Assembly: GCF_036321535.1 (NCBI RefSeq)
Contig: NC_087436.1
Coordinates: 99,202,001-99,266,000, forward strand
Direction: 5' to 3'
From: Camelus dromedarius
Lineage: Eukaryota
DNA: 64,000 bases
The position numbers were made by a program, and so were the translations under genes. Position 1 is the first letter of the stretch. Each line of letters begins with the position of its first letter. Positions 52,461 through 64,000 of the stretch are shown here, in pieces. The notes under the pieces were generated by a model. That model saw nothing but the letters and a program-made list of their open reading frames with translations. It was not told where the DNA came from and did not search any database.

Positions 52461-55124
52461 TGTTATTTTAAGCTCTTCCAAAATATCGGGGTATTTTTAG
52501 TGATATATAATTCATAGTTTTCATTTGTATGCAGGTGAAAATTTTCAGTAGAACTTTCCAGTATCAGAGAAACTATCTGTAAATTGAGAAGGGGTCATAA
52601 AACATAGGAAATAAACATTCTGGGTTTTTCATAAGGCTAAAACATTTAAGTTATAAAGACAACACTCTCTATGTAAAAAAAAAAATCACCATTTTAGAGT
52701 CATAATGAAAACTAATTATATATTTAAAATTAAATTGAATAATGTGAGTGAGGATCAATTCACTCCATTTATCCCATCTGAATATTAATATTCTCCATTA
52801 AAACAAACAAGCATTAAGTCAGAAAATTTGTTTTAATAGCTGTTCTGCTTCCACACTAAAACTGAATATATTTGTTTTACTTTTTGAAGGAGTGATTAGC
52901 AGCTTAATTTTTTCGTTGTTGTACTGGACCAGCTGGGTGTCTATGTGCTACTGTAGACTAGATTTTGAAGCTCAGGGCAAAAGTCCTTGTTATGTGATCT
53001 CCTATATAGAATAACTAGTTCAAACTGAAACACCTGAATAGAACTTTTGGGGATAGTTGAACCAAATCCTAACAAAAGAATCTGGGTAGAATTCAGCTTC
53101 TTTTCCTGATAGCACATACTCTGTTAAGGGCAGCAATTATGTTCCCAAAAAAACTCACAGAAACAAAAACCAAAAAACAAAAAACTTGTTCACACAGAGT
53201 TCTCCAGGAATTGTGATTTGTGATCTCACAACTAAATACCAGATACGACCTGAGTAAACCTAAACATCACATAATGAATAAGAAAAATGTTTTCAGCATG
53301 CATACCTATGATTTTATTTGCTCTTGTTTGTTCAGATGCAATGGAAAGCGTTTACAGACAGAGATGATTTTGATAAGGCAGCACCTTGCCTTTGCACCTC
53401 CAGGGGAGGGCGAGTGGGAGGCAGAAGGCACCCTTGCCCTCCATATATTATGTAAAGTGCCACGTTAAGAAATGATCAACTCCTACAGAGAAAAGTGAGG
53501 ACAAAGGAGTGCTGGTTCATTACCTTGCTTCAACTTGACCCTTAGTACACTCAAATACATATTCATGAATCCCCCCTCAACTATTGGGTCAAAAGTAGGA
53601 TAAGAAAAGTATGTGGGATAATAAATGACAGTGCTTGAAATTAAAACAAGAAAAAAAAAGTCCTGCTTATTTGACATCTGTATTTATAGTTCAATATTAA
53701 CATATACTTCTTATAAGAAAAATCAGAAAACAAAAGCATTTACCAAAAATCTGAATTCATTACTTTTAATAGTTTTTTTTTAGTAAGATACAAAGGTCAG
53801 TAATTGCTATTAGGTTCCATTTGAACATACTGAATATTTAGCAGAAAAAAACACAGCTTATTGGAGTAGAATTTATTTATTAACATAGAAAAATAATGGA
53901 AAACAGAGATCTTTAATCCTTTTAATAAATTCAATCTCACAACCCCAAAGTACATAAAATCATCACATTGCTTTTCTGTATTGTGAAAGGCTTCTTTACG
54001 CCTGGCCACACATCAGATTGGAAGCAATGTGAGTTTTTATTCTGGATATATCTGATGCACTTGACAGTTGTTTAATAAAAAATTGGGATAATTAGACATT
54101 TTAATTATAAATATGATATAATTAAAATGTGACAAAATAAAACTTCTTATGACAGTGTGGATGTGAATTTACATTTATATTCACATATATATATTTAGAA
54201 ATTTGTGGAATAAATTTATCTGAAATGTTGAATTTATCTCATCCATAATATTTAAGATAAAAAATAGGAACAAGATATAGATAAATAATTTGTATTTATT
54301 TGTTCTGTTTTTTATTTACAGATAACCCTATCATTTTTACATTGTATTTACTCATTCAGTGAAAACCAACACAAAGAGATGCAATCCAAATTTTTCTCTA
54401 CTTTTGTTTCTACAAATAGATGTTTCTGGATCTAGTGGGGAAAAAGTTGTATGAGAAAAAGCTAGATATTCAAGAAAAGGGGGGAAAAAGCCTCTCAAGC
54501 CTCTCATCTCCAAAGGTAACAGTGTTTGTATACCTTCCATCTTCTTTTTCTTTCTATTTCCTTTGATTATAATGTGAAAAATTTATAATTTTGAGGGCAA
54601 GAAAATCTAAAATAGAATTCAACTATTTTTCTCACTATAAGCCATAGTCCCACAATCCTTTCTCATAATGAATGACTGACAGAATGAACTAATGAATAAA
54701 TCAGTGAAACACTGAAGAAACTGAGGAGTGCTTGTGACTCTGCTTTATTCTACCCTGAATTATAAATACAATATTTCAACAAAAATTCTTAATTTGATAG
54801 TTTCTGTGATAATTTTGTAGTTAGGATATAAAATTTTCATCACAACATTTTAAGAAGAACAATTAAATAAATGAAAATAAGTATCTTATCTGCCAGATGT
54901 TCATGCTAACAGAAAAATGTGAGTTCACATACTTTGAGGTCAAAGTTAAGATTAGGTCATAGGGATATGATTTTCTTATGTTTGCAAATAAAAGTAATTG
55001 AAACACAACTTAGTAATTTTGAATATAATTTGATGAATTTGGCCAAATAGAAAATATACAAACACTTACTCACTTGTTCATTAATAGTTAGTACAAAATA
55101 TTCATTGAGATAGTAACTTATTTC

Positions 55125-55345
55125 TTAAAAGCATGGGCTTGAATATCTTGGAGTCAGACTTTGTGTTTTGATGGTGTGTGTGTCTTGGGCAAGTATCTTA
55201 ACCTCTTTATTTCTTAGTTTCTACGTGTTTTAGGAAAATTTTAGGGTATTTGATAGTTCATCATAAGTGCTGTTTATGTTTAATACAACAGTTTTGTAAA
55301 AAACTTAGATGCATGCTTTTATATAAAAGCTTAATAAATATTAAC
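55125..55345 (+). mobile_element. MIR SINE
   Basis: TGGAGTCAGAC...TGTGTGTCTTGGGCAAGTATCTTAACCTCT...CTTAATAAATATTA. Confidence 0.75.
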
Positions 55346-55620
55346 AATGATTTCAGTGAAAGTCTATGCATTCTATATCCTTACTGTGCTTTAATTAACT
55401 CTTCTTATCAATTCTTACTAGCTTACCTGTTATACATGTATTTATCAATGCTGACACCAATTTATTTATTTACATGTTTTTTGCACATCTCACCAGGATA
55501 ATATAAATTCCCAAAGGGAACGAGTTTGCAATTTAAATCATTTCATACACTTATTTAACATTTGCATTTCCAAATATATGAATCTTCAGTGTCTTTTTCA
55601 CATATTAAAACTTGAGGTCT

Positions 55621-56725
55621 TAGATCATTCTGACAGAAAATAAATAAGTAAATGCCCACCTTAAATGCCACACTTGACCAAACTGACTTAAAAGATTGTA
55701 TAGAACATTCCATCCAAAAGCAACAGAAAACACATTCTTTTCAAGTGCACATGGAATAGTCTCCAGGATAGATCACGTGCTAGATCACATTCTAGGCCAC
55801 AAAACAAGTTAGACTAAATTTAAGACAACTGAAATCATATCAAGCAACTTTTCTGACCACAACACTTTGAGACTAGAAATCAACTACAAGAAAAAAACAT
55901 AAACATGTGGAAGCTAAACAATATGCTACTAAACAACCAATGGATCACTGAAGAAATCAAAGAAGAAACTAAAACACACAAACACAGACACAAAAACCTT
56001 GTAACAAATGAAAACAAATAAAGACAGAACCACCCAAAATCTATGGGACATAGCAAAAGCACCTAAGAGGGAAGCTTACAGTGACATAGGCCTATCACAG
56101 GAAACAAGAAAAACCTCAATTAAGCAACCTAAACTTATACCTAAAGGAACTAGAAAAAGAAGGAAAAAACAAAACCTGAACTTAGAAGAAGGAATTAAAT
56201 AAAGATCAGAACAGAAATAAATAAAATAGAGACTCAAAAAAAGAAAAGATCAATAAAATTAAAGGCTGGTCTTTTGAAATGATCAACAAAATTGATAAAA
56301 CTTTAGCTAGGGTATTTAAGAAAAAAAGAAGAAGGGCCAAATCAACAAAATCAGAAGTGAAAAAGAAGTTACAACTGATACCACAGAAATACAGAGGATC
56401 ATAAGAGATTATTGCAAACAATTATACACCAATAAAATGTACAGTCTAGAAGAATGGGCAAATTCCTAGAAATATACAGTAACCCAAGGTTGAACCAGGA
56501 AGAAATAGGAAATATTAACAGACCAATTACTAGTAATGAAATTGAATCATTAATTCAACAAAATAAAACAAAAAAACAAAAAAAGACCTCCCAACAAACA
56601 GAAGTCCAGGATCAGTTGATGTCACAGGTAAACTGCATCAAACAGTTAGAGAAGAGTTAACATCTATTCTTTTCAAAGTATTCCAAAAAATTGCAGAAGA
56701 AATACTTCTGAAATCATTTTCTGAG
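55621..56725 (+). mobile_element. LINE-1 ORF2 internal fragment (endonuclease C-terminal part and linker), degraded
   Basis: L1-like TTCTTTTCAAGTGCACATGGAA...GATAGATCAC, QNLWDIAKA, PRLNQEEIGNINRPITSNEIES; multiple stops and frameshifts. Confidence 0.92.
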
Positions 56726-57630
56726 TTAATACTGGAAGGATGCTGAGAAAAGCCAGGCAGAAGAGAATAAAAAAGCAAAAGGTGTTTGTTGAGAATCACC
56801 TTGGCAAGTGCAAGGAATTCAAAGGAAGACTGGTATGATTGAAGGCTTGTGAAAGAGTAGTGGCAGTCATATAAATGGGATAGGATGGAGGCAGGAAGTT
56901 TATGTAGGCCTTTATATGTCATAGGAAGAGGCTGAAAGTTATTCTTTCAATTCTAGATAAATTCCAAAGACGTTTTACAAGACAGTGCAGTATAGAGGTT
57001 ACAGTGTAGGCTGTGGTTGTAACTGTTTGAGTATAAATTTTGTCTTATCGCTCTTCGGGAATATGTTTTTATGGTCAAATCAACAGGATTTGTGTAAGAG
57101 TGGAAATGTGGAGATGAGGAAATAGGACCACTGATGTTTCCCTAGATTATATTTCCCCTTGCATTTTTTGTTATTAAAGTCTTTTTACATCTAGAATATT
57201 GCCAAGTACTATTCATTAAACATTTCATTACCTTAGGTTATTTAGTTTTCTTCAACATACATTAAATTATTCAGATTCTAGGCTCCCATTTTGTATATAA
57301 ATCAGGCTCTCTACTCTGGAAAAAAGACCATAAATGGCTAGTCATTGGAAGCTTAATATATGCCTTAATTTCTGCTAAGTCCTTTCAGTTGCCTTTTTTT
57401 CCTCTGAAGTTTCTACTTTCTTATCAATTGACTTCTTCATTTGAACTTTTAAAAATAACTCACATTTGGTTATCATCATATTGAGCATATATTTATTTTG
57501 GGAGAAACTGACATCTTTATAACATCTAACATCCAGATACAATGTAGAATTTTCTCTACATTTGCTCAGATTTATTTTGTAGTTCTTAAGAAAATGTATG
57601 TATGTATGTATGGGATATATTTAAAATATA

Positions 57631-57846
57631 CAGTTGTCCATTGATATTTGCAGGGGATTGGTTCCAGAAGCCTCTGTGTATTACAAAATTCTCAGATGCT
57701 CAAATTCCATAGCTGGCCCTCTGTATTGGAGTTTCTGCATCCCTGGCTTCAATCAACTGCAGATTGTGTAGTACTGCCTATATTTATTGAAAAAAAATTC
57801 CCCAGTAAGTGGATACTCACAGTGAAAATCCATGTTGTTCTCTGTG
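57631..57846 (+). mobile_element. MER2-like Tigger MITE, within old antisense L1M debris (~57480-59230)
   Basis: TA|CAGTTGTCC...GGGGATTGGTTCCAG...GATGCTCAAATTCC...AAGTGGATACTCACAG. Confidence 0.75.
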
Positions 57847-57988
57847 TCCTTTTGTCTATTTATCTGTCTTTCTATTTATCTATCATCTATCTGACATATC
57901 ATGTAGGTAACACAAAGAATATCCTACATATTACCTGTGAGATACTTTACATTTTTATTGTCTATAGAAATAATATTTCATTTATTAA

Positions 57989-58955
57989 TTTTTTAAATTA
58001 AAGAATAGTTGATATACAATATTATATAAGTTATATGTACAATGTAGTGATTCACAATTTTAAAGATATACTCTATTTTTAGCTATTATAAAATATTTGC
58101 TATATTCCTCTTATTGTACAATATATCCTTGAAGCTTATTTTACACTGGAGTCAGGAAGCATGATTCCTCCAGCTTTCTTCTTTCTCAAGATTCTTTTGG
58201 CTATTTGGCTCTTTTGTATTTCAATACAAATTTTACAATTATTTATTTTAGTTCTGTGAAAAACGCCATTGGTATTTTGACAGGGATTGCACTGACTCTG
58301 TAGATTGCCTCAGGTGGTATGGTCATTTTAACAATGTTAATTCTTCATATCCAAGAACATAGTATATATTTTCATTTGTTTGTTTGATCTTCAATTTCTT
58401 TCATGAGATTTTTCTAGTTTACCAAGTACAGGTCTTTTACCTCCATAGGTAGGTTTATTCCTAGGTACTCTACTAGTTTGGATGTGATGGTAAATGGGAT
58501 TGTTTCCTTAATTAATCTTTCTGATATTTTGTTCTTAGTGCATAGAAATGAAACAGATTTCTGTATGTTAATTTTGTATTCTTCAACTTTACTGAATTCA
58601 TTGATGAGCTCTGGTAGTTTCCTGGTGGCATCTTTAGGATTTTCTATGTATAGTATCATGTCATCTACAAACAGTGACCGTTTTACTTCTTCCTTTTCAA
58701 TCTGTATTCCTTTTATTAATTTAGATTTCTTTTCCAATTGCTGTGACTTTAGAACTTCCAAAACTATGTTGAATAAAAGTGGCAAGAGTGGACATTCCTG
58801 ATCTTAGAGGAAATGCTTTCAGCTTTTTATCATTGAGCATGATGTTAGCTGTGTCTGTCATATACAGCCTTTATTATGTTGAGGTATAGTCCCTCTCTGC
58901 CCATATTCTGGAGAGTTTTTATAATAAATGGATGTTGAATTTTGTAAAATCTTTT
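57989..58955 (-). mobile_element. LINE-1 with internal deletion: RT-region ORF2 (58147-58955) joined to the terminal 3'UTR (57989-58146)
   Basis: Minus ORF 58414..58785 has RT motifs (PLLFNIVLEVL, LFVDDMILYIENPKD, YLGINL). The left part is an L1 3' terminus (TAGTTGATATACAATATTATATAAGTT...). Confidence 0.9.
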
Positions 58956-59753
58956 ATTCATTTTTTTAAATTATAGTGCATATCTCCTTTGTTTTCCCCA
59001 GCTGCCTAGATTTTTTAAAAAAATCATATCTTCAAATAAGGAAATTTCTAACATTTTTACATAGGTGTACCTCCTTCGTTGCTGTTATTGTTCATGCACT
59101 GACCAATCTGTCCTTGAATAATTTTAAAGAATATTAGTAATATTGGGCATAAGTGCTTCTATTAAATCACCATTTAAGATTATACTGGCAACAAGCTTGA
59201 TATAGATTATCTTCAACATACGAAGCTTTATAACATTTCAGTTATTTAAAAGACACTTTTCTGCTACTAAAATTTAATTTTTTCCAGACACTAAAATAGA
59301 TGCAATCCTTCTCCAAAGTAGTATACACATTGCTAACAAAATGGGGATTATAGAGATAAGTTTACAGATGAGGTGAGAAATTGACCAAGTGTAGATCAAC
59401 TGAAAGAGAAGTAGAGATATGTTTCGGTAAGACAGAATTTTGGTCTTGTTAATTTGGCTGTTATTTGATATTGAAAATTTGTCTCAATATAATATTATGC
59501 TGCTATGAATGATTCTGGATATATTTGGGGTTAATTAAATAATTGTTTTTTGAGCATTACAAATGAAAAAAGAAAATTGTTATGCCTCAATAATTTCTCA
59601 AAAATTATATTTGTAGTTATGTGAAAGTCTGGTTTAATTTTACTAGTTGTCAAGTTGGATTGATTAGTTAAATGAATTTCTGTTCAGTGCTTATACTAAT
59701 GTGACTTTTAAATTAATGTTTCTGCTTCATTTCATTCTGAAAAAAACTGGGGC

Positions 59754-60153
59754 TATTATGAACAGAACTGTGCTCCCCTCAAAACTCATGTTGATGTCCT
59801 AACCCTCAGTACCTCAGAATATGACTATAGTTGGAGAGAGACCCTTAAAGAGGTAATTAAGATAAAGTGAGGCCATGATGGTGGGCCCTAATCTAATTTC
59901 ACTGGTATTCTTGTAAGAAGAAATTAGAATACAGGGAGAAACACCAGAGGTGTGCATACAGAGGAAAGACTATGTGAGGACACAAAGAGAAGGTGGCCAT
60001 CTGCAAGCCAAGGAGAGAGGTTTCAAGAAAACGAACCCTGCCAGCACCTTTATCTTGGACATCCAACCTCCAGAATTATGGGAAAATAAATTTTTGGTGT
60101 TTAAGCCACCCAGTCTGTGATATTTAGTTATGGTACTCCAGTATATTAATACA
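59754..60153 (+). mobile_element. MLT1B-like MaLR solo LTR
   Basis: GTCCTAACCCTCAGTACCTCAGAAT...GAAGGTGGCCATCTGCAAGCCAAGGAGAGAGG...TTTAAGCCACCCAGTCTGTG...TAATACA. Confidence 0.92.
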
Positions 60154-61269
60154 ACAGCCTAGAAGTGAAATCATTTGTCTAAGACCAGTTAGTGAGAAGG
60201 AGCTCTTAGATGCCGATGGAGATAGAGCATACTCTAATGGCTTTGTATACATTATGTCGCCCAAGACACTAAAATTAATTTTTATCATAACATTAGTTTT
60301 TTCTTTACTATTTTTAAAAATGTGCATTTTTCATTCAAAATATAAATTCAAAATGAATACAAACATAATTTTATTGGAACTATAGGAATGTAGGGGTTTA
60401 ATGCTAGAAAAATTTGGAAATTCTTACTTATTTTAAGTAAAAAAATGTAACATCTATCTCAGAAATGTTGACCTTTTTAAACCCAAACAAGTTTTTCTCA
60501 GTAACGAAACAGATTTTTCTCTAGGAAAAAAACATCCTTCCTTTGATCTCATGAAATATTCAAGGCGATAATGAAGCATGTTTTGCCTTCTTGTAAACCT
60601 GTTAAAGTATTATTTTTCTTGAGGTTGACGGTGGTGAAAATTTTATCACGCAGCATGAAATGTGTTATTTTGATACATTGACACCATATCAAAACTTATC
60701 CTTGCACATTCAACCTTGTGACAAAGAGTATTTTCCTATGAATTTCACAGGCAATTTCCATGGGATTTCAAAAAAAGTATTAGTTTCAAATGCTGAGTGG
60801 CTTTTTTACTGTTAACTGGTAAGGACAGGTTGATGAATATATTGATGTTGAATTAATATCACATTATAACCTAAGGCAAATCCGTAATGTAATTTCTGAC
60901 GTGGATATTCATCTAAACTTGAAAAAAAAAGATCTTTGGAATTAAAGTAATTAACAATCTTACTTTCCACTTTCATGTACAGAACTCTCATTAATGTCAC
61001 TGTGGGCCCATGGTTTTAACAGGATAGGAACAGAATTTTAAAAATCTATTTCCATGATCAAAGTATCAAGAATCCAATTTTACTGTCTTCCTTTTGTTCT
61101 TCTTTAATTCTGAGTTTATGAGATTTCTACTTTAGGAATGTAAGATTAGTGAAGGGGTGGAGGAAAGGGGAGAGGAAGAGTGCTTCACACAAGAAATAGT
61201 AACAAATAATAAAGCATGATAATTTGGAATGATGTCTTTCCATTATTTGTGATCACACATGTAATCAAT

Positions 61270-62050
61270 TTCCGAGTCTTATCTTCCTAATTTCCTTCTT
61301 CTCAACAGTCCATATTGTCAGTTCCCATTGCCACGACCTTAGATCAAGTTACCTTTATTTTTCAACTGAACGCAGCAACAATATCCAAGTGGATCTTCCA
61401 GTCTTCACTTTCATCTCCGTCCCATACACGCTATAAAACTGCAGCCTCAGTGATTATTTTAGGACTAAAATGGGATCATGCCACTCCCCAGCATAAAGTA
61501 TTTCAATATCTCCTAATAACTTCCATGACGAAAAACTTATGCTTGAATTACTGAATGAATTACTGTTCTCTTGTTGTTAGTGAAATATCAGCTCCATTAT
61601 GCCTTACTCTTGATTTTACTTTCCTTGTTTCCTATATAGTGAGAATCATCACTGTCCTGTTGGTTTGCAAGGATGCCCACATACATCTAACTACATATAC
61701 CTACTATCAAATATCTTCCCATACTCATGCTTTTCTTTTAATGAAGGAAGATATGTTGCTGCCAAATGACATCAGTAGGATTTTTTTACTTGTTTTTTAA
61801 GACTTCACTCAAATACTGTCTCCTCCAAGAATTACCTAAAAGTTTATGACCCCAGCAAAAATTAACTACACATTTCTCTGCAGCTCCACAAAATTTTATA
61901 GCACCAAAATAATGCATCATATTCTGCCTGCTTTTATACTACATGTAATCAACTTAAAAGAGAGCTGTATTTTAATACATGTTTACAACCTCCTAGAGTT
62001 TAGTCACTTTTGTAGTATAACAATGAAGAGATGTTTTTAACTTGAATGAT
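61270..62050 (+). mobile_element. L2 fragment
   Basis: CCCATTGCCACGACCTTAGATCAAG; ACTGCAGCCTCAGTGATTATTTTAG...GATCATGCCACTCCCC; TTTAAGACTTCACTCAAATACTGTCTCCTCCAAGAA. Confidence 0.75.
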
Positions 62051-64000
62051 TATTAATCTGTACATACGTTCATATTCATATGTACACACATACTCATGTG
62101 CACACACATGTAAAATTTTCCTTAACAAAAATCTCCGTTTGACAAATGTGAAATGTGTATATATGTGTGTATGTACATATACTTATGTCAGATATAAGGT
62201 ACTTGAAATTTTTATGCTTTCTTCTTTTTGTTTCATAATAATCCAAGTGGCTAGAACATGACTATGTTAACGGGACAGGGGTTAAGTGGTTCATGTTACA
62301 TTACTACATATATAATGCAAAGCCTGCTTTATAATATACGCACTCTGCTATATCTCACAAATAGATTTTTAAAAGATTAATACCAGAAAGTGTGATCAAC
62401 ACAAATCTGAATGGCATTAGACATTTCAAATATTGGATAGGAAGTTTAAAACTGTATTTGAAGAAGTGGAACATCCTTCCTGAAGTCCTCTTGGAACAGG
62501 TTGTTTTCATTTATTTTCAATAACTGAAACCACCAAACTCAAATGTTTAAAAATAAAATTTAATAGTAAGTCTGAACTTTCTCTTTTCAAAGATCCATCA
62601 GTGCTACCTAGGCTTCAGAGTCAGAAAGACAGATAACATCAGAGCACATTCTCCCTCAGGCATCTATCTAGCTTCCCTGCTCTCTCATTCTGATGACATA
62701 CCTGAGTAATTTTAGCAAAGCCTGATTAACCGGGGCTTTCCATCGTTTAATATGGTGTTTCTTAATGACAGTTGAGAACAATTGTGGAGCTGTGATTAAC
62801 ACCCTTTGACCTTTAGCTTAGAACTATAGATGCTTCAATTGATGCACTATATAGGCCTTTTGTAAATGAAAATGGCCCCAAGGAATGCATTTTGGTGACA
62901 AGACAGAAAAATCTGAGCAGAATGGAATTTTTCTGCATTTATTTCTTGTGTAATAGATGAATTGAATAATAGTATAAAGCTATTCTTGAAATGACTGTCA
63001 GGGGAAATCCTTGAGTTAAGAACATTTAAGTACCTAAATGATTAAATTGAGCCTTATTCAAGCATAACCCCCAAACCCAAACAAAATCCTTTTGCTAATA
63101 TAACCAAATCACAGGAAATTAAATAGGCTCAAGTGGAATTTTAGTGGACTGAATTTATCTAGATTATTTAAAAACGTAAAGTGCTGGAGAAATTACTTTA
63201 TAATAATCATGTACTTGATATGAATCTCAGAAATTACTTTTGGGAGTCTAGCGGTAAATTATTACCATTCTTGGGTCTTAGGCAGATGCTTATAAGTGTC
63301 CATCAACACCAGCCAGACCTACTGTGTGCCTACCTGGAAAGTCAATCACCTTGCTGTCGTGGGATCCTGGAAAATAATTTGAGTAAGAAAAGAGGCCTCA
63401 AATCTAAGTAATTTTCTTTTTGATGGTAATATTAAATAATTACAGATATTAAAATAAGGTAACTTTCATATGAAAATTCACAAGAGAAACATAGTCCATT
63501 AACTTGCTTTATATGGCATAATGCAGGCATACAAGTTTTTGAAAAGTGGGATATGCTGGTAAATTCATTATTTGAGTTAAGAACTTCGTTGCTATAATAA
63601 AGCAGTAATTTTTAAATTTTTTGTAAGTCCCAGGAAACACCACAGAATTCTGCTATCTCTCGACATCATAGTTTTGAGTGTCTTTTAGGTTAAATTACAA
63701 TCTAGTCTATTCTAATGTTTGGTCAACGATGTCTTGCAGTTAATTAGGGTGTGGTTAAATGTCAATTACCTATTAGTATACAGATTGAACATATTTAAAC
63801 ATTCCAGTTCTAATGATCGTTATCAATAAGATCCCAGGAAAATATGAACATCCAAAAGTTTGGGTGGCATAAAATGCAAAAAGCACAATTTGGGGATTAA
63901 GATATGAGGCACCTTAGATAATGAGGTTAGCTATAAGAAGTCATTGGAAATTGCTCAATATAAACAGTGAAATATTTGCATTTTCCTCCATGTTTATTTA

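Noticed and set aside
55621..58955. One L1 split by a genomic inversion (+ EN/linker part, - RT part)
   Set aside because: No shared TSD, and older L1M sequence appears continuous across both sides of 57989-58955, which argues against a breakpoint there.
1..64000. Prokaryotic or phage-type systems (CRISPR, operons, defence loci)
   Set aside because: The sequence is mammalian repeat-rich DNA, with no spaced repeats or gene-dense segments.

Overview
This is AT-rich, repeat-dense mammalian genomic DNA, almost certainly camelid (alpaca/llama/camel). The evidence is a Vic-1-type tRNA-derived SINE and young L1 3' ends of the camelid type; the species and locus cannot be determined. I found no supportable host protein-coding exon, RNA gene, CRISPR array or prokaryotic feature, so the window looks like a gene desert or a deep intron. 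The long ORFs in the track are LINE-1 ORF1/ORF2 remnants or their antisense shadows. The rest is layered transposon debris: L1, L2, MIR, MaLR/ERV solo LTRs and hAT/Tigger MITEs. Repeat family names come from recalled consensus similarity and need RepeatMasker/Dfam confirmation; boundaries of old repeats are approximate. The most notable object is a ~3.05 kb TSD-flanked L1 (20741-23791). It keeps its CpG-rich 5'UTR and ORF1, but the inter-ORF spacer is joined directly to the last 369 nt of ORF2, giving an ORF1-only 'half-L1' that may be a spliced or non-autonomous derivative. I cannot claim a new biological system from this window alone; that element is the best lead.
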